Origin: Eledone cirrhosa | Taxonomy: Eukaryota | Direction: 5' to 3' | Length of the DNA stretch: 64,000 bases | Assembly: GCA_964016885.1 (NCBI GenBank) | Contig: OZ024762.1 | Coordinates: 19,964,001 to 20,028,000, forward strand | In this document: one piece after another, positions 13,026 to 26,039 of the stretch | Layout: each line of letters begins with the position of its first letter | Position numbering within the stretch: position 1 is the stretch's first letter | The notes under the pieces: generated by a model | Seen by the model: only the letters and a program-made list of their open reading frames with translations | Database searches by the model: none | Told to the model about the DNA's origin: nothing | Translations under genes and position numbers: made by a program

Positions 13026-14389
13026 AACACCAATAAAACACTACTCACCACAGCTAGTGTCATTACTACTTAGAAACAACAGTCAATGTGTTGACTTTAA
13101 ATATTGGTGGCACTCATACAACTGTCTTTGCTTAAACTTATTCTCTCTCTCTCTCCCCCCTCTCTCTCCCTCCCTCACACACTCACTTGCTCCTCTGGTC
13201 TCTCACATTGGCTAGCTGACTCCCTCTCTCACTGTCTGTTTGTTTGTCTCTCACCTGATATCTCAAATTGGTTAGCTGAGCCCTGCCCCCCTCTTTCTCT
13301 CTCTCTCACACCCTCTCTCTCTCTCTACCTCTCTCCCACTACCTCTCTCTCTCATACACACACTCACTCACGCCTGATCTCTCAAATTGGTTAGTTAAGT
13401 TCCTCTCCCTTACCACACACACCATCTCCCTCACACACACACACCATCTCCTCTCTCACACACACACACACCATCTCACACACACCATCTCTCTCTCTCT
13501 CACACACACCATCTCTCTCTCTCACACACACACTATCTCTCTCTCTCACACACATACACACCATCTCTCTCTCTCACACACACACACCATCTCTCTCACA
13601 CACCATCTCTCTCTCTCTGTCTCACTCTTCTCCCTATCTCTTTCACACACACACACTATCTCTCTCTCTCACACACATACACACCATCTCTCTCTCTCAC
13701 ACACACACACCATCTCTCTCTCTCTCTGCCTCACTCTTCTCCCTATCTCTCTCTCACACACTCTCTCTCTCTCTCACACACTCTCTCACACACTCTCTCT
13801 CTCTCTCTCCTATTGATCTCTCACACTGGCTAGCTGGCTCCCTCTCATACTCTCTCTATCTCTGTCTCTCTCTCATACACACTCCCACCCTCTCTCTCTC
13901 TCCTATATTCTCTCTCTTTCTCATACACTCCCCCCCCCTCTTTCCCCCCCTCTCTTTCTCCTGTTCATCTCTCACATTGGTTAGCTGGCTTCCTCTCATT
14001 GTCTCTCTCTCATACACACTCCCACCCTCTCTCTCTCCACCCTCTCCCTCTCTCTCCACCCTCTCCCTCTCTCTCCACCCTCCCCCTCTCTCTCCACCCC
14101 CTCTCTATCCACCCTCCCCCTCTCTCTCCACCCTCTCCCTCTCCACCCCTCTCTCTCTCCTGTTGATATCTCACATTGTCCAGTTAAACAACTGAAGCCC
14201 ACCAAGGCAACATTTCCTGGTAATTTCTCCCCTACTTTTGGTTTTAATATGCCAGAACAGCTTTTGGAATTGATTACCATTCTGTTTTGATTCCCTGCCA
14301 ATACCTCAAGTGCCTGCTCTATTTTTATTGCTTTCTGCTGTGTAATATGGCCATTTAACAAGCTAGCAGCAAAGGAGGGGGAGCTGTCT

Positions 14390-15845
14390 GTCTGTCTGTC
14401 TATATGCCTTTAACAATGAAAGTGTGTGACTTCACAGTTGGTGTGTTTGGATTCACAAACTTAGCATCATGAGATCATACTCAAGTGGGTGTGGTGTGGT
14501 GTGATGTGTTGTGTTGTGTCATATCGTACTGAATCTTCCTGAGAACTATATTATGGTCTGTCTGTCTATATGTGTTCAGTAGTGAAGGCATGTCGCTTCA
14601 CAAACTTAGGGGCACGAGATCAAATCCCAGTGAGTGTCATGGCGTGTCGTATTGTATCAAAATCATGCTAAATCTCCCTGAGAACTCTATTGAAGTCTGT
14701 CTGTCCTTATGTGTTTAGTAGTGAATGGGTGTGACTTCACAGTTAGTGTGTTTGGATTCACAAACTTAGGGTCATGAGATCATACCCAAGTGGGTGTGGT
14801 GTGGTGTGTTGTGTTGTGTCATATCGTACTGAATCTTCCTGAGAACTATATTATGGTCTGTCTGTCTATATGTGTTCAGTAGTGAAGGCATGTCGCTTCA
14901 CAAACTTAGGGGCACGAGATCAAATCCCAGTGAGTGTCATGGCGTGTCGTATTGTATCAAAATCATGCTAAATCTCCCTGAGAACTCTATTGAAGTCTGT
15001 CTGTCCTTATGTGTTTAGTAGTGAATGGGTGTGACTTCACAGTTAGTGTGTTTGGATTCACAAACTTAGGGTCATGAGATCATACCCAAGTGGGTGTGGT
15101 GTGGTGTGGTGTGTTGTGTTGTGTCATATCGTACTGAATCTTCCTGAGAACTATATTATGGTCTGTCTGTCTATATGTGTTCAGTAGTGAAGGCATGTCG
15201 CTTCACAAACTTAGGGGCACGAGATCAAATCCCAGTGAGTGTCATGGCGTGTCGTATTGTATCAAAATCATGCTAAATCTCCCTGAGAACTCTATTGAAG
15301 TCTGTCTGTCCTTATGTGTTTAGTAGTGAATGGGTGTGACTTCACAGTTAGTGTGTTTGGCTTCACAAACTTAGGGTCATAAGATCAAACCAAAGTGGGT
15401 GTGGTGTGGTGTGGCATGTTGTATCAAAATCATACTGGATCTCCCTGAGAACTATATTGAGGTTTGTCTGTTCATATGTGTTTAGCAATGAAGGTGTGTG
15501 ACTTCACAGTTTCTGTATTTAGCTTCACAAACTTAGGGCCATGAGATCAAATCTAAGTGGGTGTTGTGGCATGTTATGTCAAACCTTACTGAATCTCCCT
15601 GAGAACTATATTATGGTCTGTCTGTTTATATGTGTTTAGTTGCAAAGGCATGTGGGTTCACAATCTTATGGTCATGAGTACAAATCCCAGTGAGTGTCAT
15701 GACATGTCGTGCTGTGTCCAAATCTTGCTGGATCTCCCTGAGAACTATATCCTGGTTTGTCTGCCTATATGTGTTTAGCAGTGAAGGTGTGTGACTTCAC
15801 AATTTGTGTATTTGGCATCACAAACTTAAGGTCACAAGTTCAAAT
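14390..15845. repeat. About 300-bp tandem repeat built from two related ~150-bp subunits
   Basis: GAATCTTCCTGAGAACTATA at 14531, 14831 and about 15136; subunits share CACAAACTTAGGG and CCTGAGAACT. Confidence 0.85.
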
Positions 15846-15859
15846 CCCTGTATCATGAT

Positions 15860-17430
15860 AAAACCATTCCATCTCGCATGATCCAACGTTAGCTACCTCA
15901 GTTCTTCACCAGACAGTTCTGTATTATCTTCAATGACACCCTTTAACGTCTTGAGAGGTCTTCCACGTTTGTGATTCACATTAGTAAAGGTTTTGTAGCA
16001 GGTTCGCTGCCCTTCATGACATGACCTGTAAGTTGAAGATACCTGACACAGATGGTGCAGTTTCACATTAGTAGGGTCACATAGTAAAAGCTTTGTAGCA
16101 GGTTCACTGCCCTTCATGACATGACCTGTAAGTTGAAGACACCTGACACAGTTGGTACAGTTTCATATTAGTAGGGTCACATGGTAAAAGCTTTGTAGCA
16201 GGTTCACTGCCCTTCATGGCATGACCTGTAAGTTGAAGTCACCTGACACAGTTGGTACAGTTTCATATTAGTAGGGTCACATGGTAAAAGCTTTGTAGCA
16301 GGTTCACTGCCCTTCATGGCATGACCTGTAAGTTGAAGTCACCTGACACAGTTGGTACAGTTTCATATTAGTAGGGTCACATAGTAAAAGCTTTGTAGCA
16401 GGTTCACTGCCCTTTATGACATGACCTGTAAGTTGAAGACACCTGACACAGTTGGTACAGTTTCATATTAGTAGGGTCACATAGTAAAAGCTTTGTAGCA
16501 GGTTCACTGCCCTTTATGACATGACCTGTAAGTTGAAGACACCTGACACAGTTGGTACAGTTTCATATTAGTAGGGTCACATGGTAAAAGCTTTGTAGCA
16601 GGTTCACTGCCCTTCATGGCATGACCTGTAAGTTGAAGTCACCTGACACAGTTGGTACAGTTTCATATTAGTAGGGTCACATAGTAAAAGCTTTGTAGCA
16701 GGTTCACTGCCCTTCATGACATGACCTGTAAGTTGAAGACACCTGACACAGTTGGTACAGTTTCATATTAGTAGTGTCACATAGTAAAAGATTTGTAGCA
16801 GGTTTGCTGTCCTTCATGACATGACCTGTAAGTTGAAGACACAGTTGGTACAGTTTCATATTAGTAGGGTCACATAGTAAAAGCTTTGTAGCAGGTTCAC
16901 TGCCCTTCATGACATGACCTGTAAGTTGAAGTCACCTGACACAGTTGGTACAGTTTCATATTAGTAGGGTCACATAGTAAAAGCTTTGTAGCAGGTTCAC
17001 TGCTCTTCATGACATGACCTGTAAGTTAAAGACACCTGACACAGTTGGTACAGTTTCATATTAGTAGGTTCCATATAGTAAAAGCTTTGTAGCAGGTTCA
17101 TTGCCTCTTATGACATGACCTGTAAGTTGAAGAAACCTGATATAGATGGTATGGCTAATGGTGGTAGATTGCCATAAAGAATGTTGTTTGTAACACAGCC
17201 AAGAAGTTTGATGTTTTTTATCCTTCTTAGCATTCATGTGTTGCAACCATCTAAATCTTTGGTGTGAGGTATGGTCACCTCATGGGATACAGTAAGATTG
17301 ATTCTGCTGTAGCTTTGAATAAACTAACTGTTGCTTTTGTGGTTATATAAGATTTCCATTCCATATCTGGTGAGTTTACAGCAGTCCATGTTTGTGCTTG
17401 TATTAATCTACCTATATAGATCATTGTCAA
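15860..17430 (-). mobile_element. LINE 3' fragment carrying a 12 x 100-bp tandem array
   Basis: Unit encodes LQLTGHVMKGSEPATKLLLCDP; flank encodes HKRGRPLKTLKGVIEDNTELSGEELR; GGTTC(A/G)CTGC anchors every 100 bp from 16001 to 16801, then about 16894, 16994 and 17095. Confidence 0.75.
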
Positions 17431-17737
17431 ATAAAGTATCTTGCTCAAGGACACAGCGCATCACCCAGTCCAAGAATTGAACTCACAACCTCCTGTTAAC
17501 AATCCCAATGCTCTAACTACTAAACCATATACCTTCACAATATATATATATATGTGTTAAGTATTTCCGTAGAAAAGGTAAAGGAAAGAGAGCTTTTTAA
17601 TTACATAATAAACACCACAATATAATTATTCCATTACCAAAGGTTTCAGGAGACTAGACAATCCTTACCTTTGGTAATGGAATAATTATGTTGTGCTGTT
17701 TATTATGTAATTAATGTATTATTATTATGTGATTATA

Positions 17738-17932
17738 GGGGGGTGAATTGGCAGTATCGGTAGAGGGTTGGACGCCATGTTTTCTAGCAGAATTACGTCC
17801 CTTTACAGTCTGAGTTCAAATCCCGCCGAGGTTAACTTTGCCTTTCATCCTTACGGGGTCGATAAAATAAAGTACCAGTAATGCACTGGGTAATTGCTGG
17901 CCTTGTGCCTAAAGTAGAAACAATTATTATTA
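17738..17932 (+). mobile_element. SINE family A copy
   Basis: Same head, core and tail as 1181-1370. Confidence 0.85.
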
Positions 17933-18019
17933 TGCAATTATATATATATATAATAGAAATACTGGAAATACTGGATATTTTTTGATAAACATTTCAGCTG
18001 TTGATATTTGATATTGTTG

Positions 18020-18450
18020 CTAACACCACCGCCATTACTACTACCATCACCACCACCACCGCTGGCACCACCATTACTACTACCATCACCACCACCACCA
18101 TTACTACTACCATCACCACCACCACCGTCGGCACCATCACCACCACCACCAACACCGCCATTACTACTACCATCACCACCACCACCACCACCAACAACAC
18201 CACCATTACTACTACCATCACCACCACCACCACCAGCACCATCACCACCACCACCACCAACAGCACCATCACCGGCACCAACCACCATCACCATTACTAC
18301 CACCACCACCACTACCAACACCATCACCACTACCAACATCATCACTTCCACTACCAACACCATTACCACCACCACTACCACCACCACTACCAACACCATC
18401 ACTTCCACTACCAACACCACCCTCATCATTATCATCACCATCATCATCAT
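18020..18450. repeat. (CAC/CAT)n trinucleotide repeat
   Basis: Direct observation. Confidence 0.9.
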
Positions 18451-18974
18451 GTATGGTTTAGATGTTACAACAACAGCTTGTAAGATAACATTGATCTAGT
18501 GATGATGGTGATGGTGATGATGATGATGATGATGAGGGTATGTGATAACGGACAGCATGGAGGAAGAGTAGATAGTGATAAGGGGGAGATAACAATGATG
18601 GTGTGGGATGGGGTGTTGATTTATAGCTGTTGTTATGAGACTCACAACAGCATCATTACCACTATCAAATCAGTTGACAATATTGAAGTTAAGCCTTCCC
18701 TTTGATTGGAAATTCAACTGAAACCAATAAAAACAATCTCAACAAGATATTTTCCCTTAAATAAACACAACAGACGATATAATAGAGTGCAAAGGGAGTT
18801 GCTTGCTTGTTTAATTCATTTTATTATCTTTCGTTATTAAATGATAAAATCTAAATGATTTATTAAAGTATTTAAATTGTTATCAACGAACCACACACTT
18901 GCTCACCTCACCCCTTTCTCTCTCACACACATATGTACATGTGTGTGTGTGTGTGTGTGTATCATCATCATTTT

Positions 18975-19306
18975 CATCATTTCATTTTTACGTCCACTTT
19001 TCCCTGCTTGCAAGGGTGGGACGGGAACTGATTCTGGCTTGATTTCTAAAGCTGGATGCTCTTCCTAACACCAACCTCATTTACAGTGAGTGCTGGGTGC
19101 TTTTTTGCCATGGCACCTCCACGACCACTTTGCAGTGGAATGATAGGGACCCCAGTCCCTATCATCTCATTTCTACAGCTGAGTAAACTGGAGCAATGTG
19201 AAATGAAGTGTCTTGCTCAAGGAAACAATACATCACCCGGTCTGAGAATTGAACTCACAACCTTTCGATTGCAAGGCCAATGCTCTAACCACTAAGCCAT
19301 GTGCCT
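18975..19306 (-). mobile_element. SINE family C copy
   Basis: Near-identical to 7730-8058. Confidence 0.85.
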
Positions 19307-19524
19307 ATATATATAGTTATGTAATAATCAACATAAGATAATTATTTCATTTAACAGTGGTTCTTGAAAGCAAACAAATTTGCTTTCAGTCATCAGAATG
19401 AAAAAATCCTGATGTATTTATTGACAGTGGATTTATTTACATAACTAATAAGCTCTGTAACCTACAGAGAGCACTCTTTTTTCCTGGACCTTTCCGACGG
19501 AATTTCTTCATTTATATATATATC

Positions 19525-19885
19525 ATCATCATCATCATCATCATCATCGTTTAACGTCCATCTTCCACGCTAGCATGGGTTTGGACGGGAATTTTCCCAC
19601 TTGAGGCAAGATTGGTTGTCTTGCTCGTATAGGACTGTCTGGCGGGTTTTCTACAGCTGGATGCCCTTCCTAACACCAACCACGTTTACAGTGTGGACTG
19701 GGAGGTTTTTACCGTGTTACCTACACGGCCACATTGCAGCGTGGACTGTGTGTTTTTTTGTCATGACACCTACACGACCTCATTTGTTTCGGGCTGGATG
19801 TTGTGGTACCAACATAACTTTACATAAAGGGGTGGGGGTAGTGGGACGGGGGTGTATTTTTGTTAGAGGTGCCTACTGACTGTAG
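19525..19885 (-). mobile_element. RTE-type LINE 3' UTR fragment
   Basis: Reverse complement of 4765-5130. Confidence 0.8.
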
Positions 19886-20010
19886 GTTTCGCTTTGTACT
19901 TATATATATGTATATATATATTAGGTCCTTCAGTATGAAATGTCCGATTTCCTTAATCACTTTCAATTTGAAATTGGACACTTCATACTTAATGACCTGA
20001 TATATATATG

Positions 20011-20042
<32 letters not shown>

Positions 20043-20217
20043 TGCCTCAAGTGGAACTATTCACATCTAACCCATGCTAGCGTGGAAGATAGAGGTCGTG
20101 GAAGAACGGACGTAAAACGGTGATGATGATGATGATGATGATGATATACTAATATAAACCTTCCATATACCACTACCGATGTAGTGGTATATTGTGTTGT
20201 TATTTCTGTTTACCTTT

Positions 20218-20257
<40 letters not shown>

Positions 20258-20539
20258 GATAAATCTACCAAGAGTTTACGGTAGTGTCCAATCCGTATGA
20301 AGAACTCAATGTAATCCAGATATCATGGAAAGAAGAGATGCAATGAAAAATCACTTTCGGTGAAAGATAAACGGAATACAGAGTCAAGATAAAATATTAA
20401 AAAAATAATGAATAAACAATGAAACAGTTCCTTATATTAAACAAAAAAAGTTCACTATTTAACGATCTGATCGTTAAATAGTGAACTTTTTTTGTTTAAT
20501 ATAAGGAACTGTTTCATTGTTTTATTCATTATTTTTTTA

Positions 20540-20584
<45 letters not shown>

Positions 20585-20769
20585 GGTTCCCTCAAAAATG
20601 TATACACACGTTGATTACCTGTACAGGCAATATTTATTAGAATGCTGTTTTATTGTGTTGTTTATTATGTAATTAAATAGCTCTGTACAATACATAGAGC
20701 ACTCTTCCTTCCTTTATTTTTCTACGGAAATACTTAACATACACACACAGATATATATATATATATATC

Positions 20770-21040
20770 ATCATCATCATTTTATGTCTGCTTTTCCCTG
20801 CTTGTAAAGGTGGGACGGGGACTGATTCTGGCTTGATTTCTACAGCTGGATGCCCTTCCAAACTGGTGTTTTTTTGCACGACCACTTTGCAGTGGAATGA
20901 TAGGGACTTGGGTCCCTATCATCTCATTTTTGCAGCTGAGTAAACTGGAGCAATGTGAAATAAAGTGTCTTGCTCAAGGAAACAACACATCACGCGGTCT
21001 GAGAATTGAACTCACAACCTTTCGATTGCAAGCCCAATGA
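20770..21040 (-). mobile_element. SINE family C copy (partial)
   Basis: Same core and tail as 7730-8058. Confidence 0.8.
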
Positions 21041-21112
21041 TCTATATAGCGAATTTCAGACCGTTAAGGTGTGATTTCTATGGGTATGTCGTTATTTATA
21101 AAACAAATTTTG

Positions 21113-21177
21113 TATTTTATCTGATGAAAGCGCACCAAGATTGTGTTGGTCGCCTTTGAAATATATATAATAAAATA
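21113..21177 (+). ncRNA. Minimal type-I hammerhead ribozyme motif
   Basis: TATTTTAT [CTGATGA] AAGCGCACCAA-GATTGTG-TTGGTCGCCTTT [GAAA] T-ATAT-A [TA] ATAAAATA: perfect 8-bp stem I, intact cores, predicted cleavage after 21169. Confidence 0.8.
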
Positions 21178-21308
21178 AATATGGTTTTATAAATATAGTT
21201 TCCATTTATTATTATCTTGGAATATTTACTCCAGTAACTTGTTGAGTGCTCTATATCAATTATAAACATTTTTGTTTGTCGGAATTCCAACAAATTAAAT
21301 ACAACTCC

Positions 21309-21354
<46 letters not shown>

Positions 21355-22346
21355 GAAGGAAATGTGGTAAGGAACCAGGTGGACCCCGAGTCCAGAATTA
21401 GCCGTCGAAACGGCTTGAGCTCAGCCGTCGGGGTCCTACTCGTTTCTATATATATATATATATATACACGTGTGTATATGTTATAACAACAGCCTGTAAG
21501 ATAACATTGATTGAGTGATGATGATGATGATGATGATGATATATATAAGAAATCGGTTTATTTGAATCTTACATCATTTTATTGGATACTTTTTTACTGT
21601 TATATATATTTCAGTGGTATCTATTATGTAATAGATGCTATCTCATCAGACAGCTATTGTGTGATATGTCCCAGGCATGTTTTGATGTTACTCATCTATG
21701 ACCTGGCTAACATCGATTTAGTATAAGACATTCAGCTACCATCACTATTTCGTGTGTGATTGGTTGATTTTTATTACTCATCATTCCATTCTTGGTTAAA
21801 TGTTAATTTGACATAGAAGTCAGAATTAGTTCAATGACCGGTCACAGATGTTGTGTATGTATGTGTGTGTGTATATACACTAGGTGTCACTTTTCAAACC
21901 TCTTTTTTTAATCATTTTCCTTGTATATATATATATATGTAACAGAGTGTTGTAGTTTGCTTGAAGCATTGTTGAATAGTAATCTCAAATTTAAATAACT
22001 TTGAAAGCCATACAATGCACAAGATTGCTAAGATAACAAAATAATCTTACCTTAGAAAATTTTATAATCCCACATATTTTCGGGTTTAAAAACTCATTAT
22101 CAAGGGAGTATTCTTATAAGGGACTTGAAAGATCGATCGGAGTTGAGTTGTTTGTATGGAAAGCAGATATGATGTAAAAAAAGTTTCATACACTTAACAT
22201 GTATGTGCTACCAATGGTTTAGGGGTCCAGTCTTGGCCACCACTGTATGAAAATTTGTTAACACTAGATAAGCTCTCTTCCAAAAGATCAAGAACTGTTG
22301 TCCTTGATCTTTTATCTACGGATTTTTTCTTATGTGCGTGTGTGTT

Positions 22347-22382
<36 letters not shown>

Positions 22383-22798
22383 TATATTTTGAGAATAAAC
22401 TCTCAGTCATTTACAATAATTAAGCTCCAGGAAGGGGCTCTTCCGAGCAGTTAAATACATTTAAAGTATATGATAAACATGAAATCCGCCAGACAGTCCT
22501 GAGCAAGACAACCAATCTTGCCTCAAGTGGGAGAATTCCCGTCCAGACCCATGCTAGCGTGGAAAATGGACGTTAAACGATGATGATGATATCCCCAGCA
22601 TTTGCAGTCCTCGTTATTCGTGGAATTATTCTTAGAATCTAACCAATAATTGTTTGTGGAAACCACCGCATATTCACAGAATTGTAAATATCTTCTACAA
22701 TTGTTTTTATGGCTTTTTTCATAGCAATATATATTATTTCAATGCTAAATTATTAATAACAATATACCATATTTGCTGGCCTATTGAAGCCCCTTCGC

Positions 22799-22846
<48 letters not shown>

Positions 22847-23034
22847 CGGTGGGTAGTTATTTGGCATTTGCTGCATTCTGGCAAATACCATATTTGGGTG
22901 TTTGATGATATTGGCTGATATTGGACTAGTATCTAATTACTTCATCATTTGTAAGTCTTCAGTAATGAGTCAGAGAAGCACATTAAGGTGAACAGATGAG
23001 GTTCATCTCATCTATCATATAGACATATGAAGGG

Positions 23035-23880
23035 GGTGGCGGTGGCGGTGGTCATACAGATCATTGTGGTGGGGGTTGCGGTGGTCATAACGATCATTGT
23101 GGTGGGGTGGTGGTGTTAGTGATGGCCATGGTGTTGGTGGTGGTGGTGGTCATGGTGGCAGTGATAGTGCTGATGTTCATGGTGGTGCTGGTAGTGGTCA
23201 CGGTGTCGGTGGTGGTGGTCTTGGTGTTGGTAGTGGACATAGTGGTGGGGTGGGAGATAATGATCATGGTGGCAGTGGTGGGAGTCGTGGTGGGGGTTGG
23301 GGTGGAAATGGTGTGGGTCGTGGTGGCGGTGTTGGGGGTCGGGGTGGCAATGGTGTGGGTCGGGGTGGGAGTTAATTATCATGGTGGGAGTCGTGGCGGT
23401 GTTGGGGGTCGCGGTGGCGGTGTTGGGGGTTGGGGTGGCAGTGGTGGGGTGGGAGTTAATGATCATGGTGGTAGTGGTGGGAGTCGTGGCGGTGTTGGGG
23501 GTCGGGGTGGCAGTGGTGTGGGTCGTGGTGGCGGTGTTGGGGGTCTGGGTGGCAGTGGTGTGGGTCGGGGTGGGATTTAATGATCATGGTGGCAGTGGTG
23601 GCGGTGTTGGGGGTCGGGGTGGCAGTGGTGTGGGTCGTGGTGGCGGTGTTGGGGGGTCGTGGTGACAGTAGTGGTGGTGTTAGAGATCGTGGGGGGGTGG
23701 GAGTTAATGATCATGGTGGCAGTGGTGGCGGTGTTGGGGGTCGGGGTGGTGTGGGTCGTGGTGGCGGTGTTGGGGGGTCGTGGTGACAGTAGTGGTGGTG
23801 TTAGAGATCATGGTGGCAGTGGTGGGAGTCGTGGTGGGGGTCATGGTGGAGGTGTTGGTAGGGATTGTGGTGGGGTGGAG
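23035..23880. repeat. G-rich GGT/GGGG minisatellite
   Basis: Repeated GGTGGCGGTGTTGGGGGTCGGGGTGGCAGT units. Confidence 0.85.
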
Positions 23881-25552
23881 GTGTTGCTACATAAATTGTA
23901 AACCCTTATATTAACAACAGCATAATTTTCTTTTTTGATAGATTTATACTGTTTTAGAGCGTCAGACAAAATGCTTTGTGGTATGTAGTTACATCCCTTT
24001 ACAAATTCAAACCCCTCTGAGATCCATGGTACCTTCTTTTCTTTCTTTCTTGGCTTTCTTCTCCTCTTCCTCCTCCTCCTTCTTCCCCATCCTCTTCTTT
24101 CTTTTCTCTTTTGTTTCTTCTTTTTCTTCTTTCTTGTCTTTCTTCTCTTTCTCCTCCTTTTTATGCTTCTTCTTCTCCTTCTTCCCCAACCACTTTTCCT
24201 TTTCTCTTTTGTTTCTTCTTTCTCTTCTTCTTTCTTGTCTTCCTTCTTTTTTTTTTCTTTTTCTTTCTCTACCTCCTCGTCTCCTTCCCCATCATCAGTC
24301 AGTAAGCTCTCCGTCTTATACCTTTTTATCTCTCCTCTGTCTTTTCTCTTTTGTTTCTTCTTTCTCTTCTTCTTTCTTGTCTTCCTTCTTTTTTTTTTTT
24401 TCTTTCTCTACCTCCTCGTCTTTTTCCCCCATCATCAGTCAGTAAGCTCTCCGTCTTATACCTTTTTATCTCTCCTCTGTCTTCTTCTTCTTCTTCCCCA
24501 ACCACTTTTCCGTTTCTCTTCTGTTTCTTCTTTCTCTTCTTCTTTCTTGTCTTCCTTCTTTTTTTTTTCTTTTTCTTTCTCTACCTCCTCGTCTCCTTCC
24601 CCATCATCAGTCAGTAAGCTCTCCGTCTTATACCTTTTTATCTCTCCTCTGTCTTCTGTGTTTGTAGTTTCAATTGTTAAGCTAAACATTATCTTTGGCT
24701 TGCAAACAGCTGGATGAATGTCACTCATGTAATACACAATCTATTGGATTTAGATCAGATATGACATAAAAATGCTTTTTAAAAGAGCACATCATCCTGT
24801 CTGTGTGTGTTTATCTGTGTCTGGGTGTTTGTGTGTGTGTGTTTATCTGTGTGTGTGTCTGTCTGTCTGTTTCTGTCTATGTGTGTCTGCGTGTTTATAT
24901 GTGTGGTATGTATGTGTGTGTATATGTGCATATGTGTGTGTGTGTGTCTGTCTGTGTGTTTGTATATGTGCATGTGTGTGTCTGTATGTTTGTGTGTATC
25001 AGTCTGTTTCTGTCTGTCTGTGTGTGTATGTGGATGTGTGTGGGTGTGTATGTGGATGTGTGTGTGTGTGTGTTTGAGTGCAAGTGGAAGGGTTAGATGA
25101 CAAAATCTGTGAGACATGAAAAAAGACAAAAAGTGAAAAGAATTTACTTAAGCCATATTAAATCAGCTTTAGATGTTTGAAGAAAAGGTGTGTAGGTCCA
25201 TGTGTGTGTGTGTGTATGTATGTGTGGGTGTGTGTATATTTGTGCATGAAACGTGTGTGTGTGTGTGCGGGACAGGTGTGTGTGATGGCACACAGTATAT
25301 GTCTGCATGTGATGTGTGGGGGGGGGGGGCAACATGTGTGTGTGTGTGTGTTTCTTTGTGCCACATGTGTGTGCGTATGTTTGTGTACCTGTATAGGTGA
25401 GCGTATGTAATGAATGGCTCTCAGTATAGGAGTGATCTGGTTGTGTGTGAGTGTGCATGTATGTATGTGTGCATGTGACTATTTATGCTTGTGCGGATGT
25501 GTGTGAATGCACATCTATATGTGTGTAAATGCATGTCTGTATGTGTTTATGG

Positions 25553-25832
25553 TGGAGGCACATGGCCTAGTGGTAAGAGTATTGGACTTACGATCATAAT
25601 GTTGTGGGCTCGATTCCTGGGCTGCGTGTTGTGTTCTTGAGCAAAACACTTCATTTCATGTTGCTCCAGTTTACTCAGCTGAAAATGAGTACCAGTAATA
25701 TCTGGAGGTTTAACCCTGCGATGGACTGGTGTCCTGTCCAGGGGGGAGTCTTGTACTCTCAGTCGCTTCACGCCATGAAACCAGGATAAGCACCAGCCAA
25801 ATGAGCCTTCTGGCTTAAGACAGACTTTAGAC
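25553..25832 (+). mobile_element. tRNA-derived SINE family B (CORE-like plus V-like domain)
   Basis: GGAGGCACATGGCCTAGTGGTAAGAG head; CTTGAGCAAAACACTT...CTCCAGTTTACTCAGCTG; CCTGCGATGGACTGGTGTCCTGTCCAGGGG; second copy at 55595-55866 (-). Confidence 0.8.
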
Positions 25833-26039
25833 TTTATATGTGTTTATGTGTGTGAGTGCCCATCTATGTGTGCATATGTATGTGTGTATGTATGCACACG
25901 TGTGAGTGTATCTCAGTTCAGTGCATGTCTATATGTGTGCATGTGTGTTCTAAGCTTGTCCAAGAAAATCAACATGTTCAAATATAACTTAACAAAGGTT
26001 CTTACTTAAAGTTATGGTGGAAGGTTTTTAGTTGAATAT

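Noticed and set aside
13996-14361. Minus-strand 121-aa ORF as a host exon
   Set aside because: Half is AG-repeat, no recognisable domain and no convincing splice pair.
14605-15540. TTAGGG hexamers as interstitial telomere
   Set aside because: Isolated single hexamers within the 150/300-bp unit, not tandem.
19922-20000. About 80-bp imperfect hairpin as a pre-miRNA
   Set aside because: Embedded in (TA)n with TIR-like ends; better explained as a mini-MITE.
25553-25630. tRNA genes at SINE heads
   Set aside because: A and B boxes are present but there is no full cloverleaf, and they run into SINE bodies in many copies.
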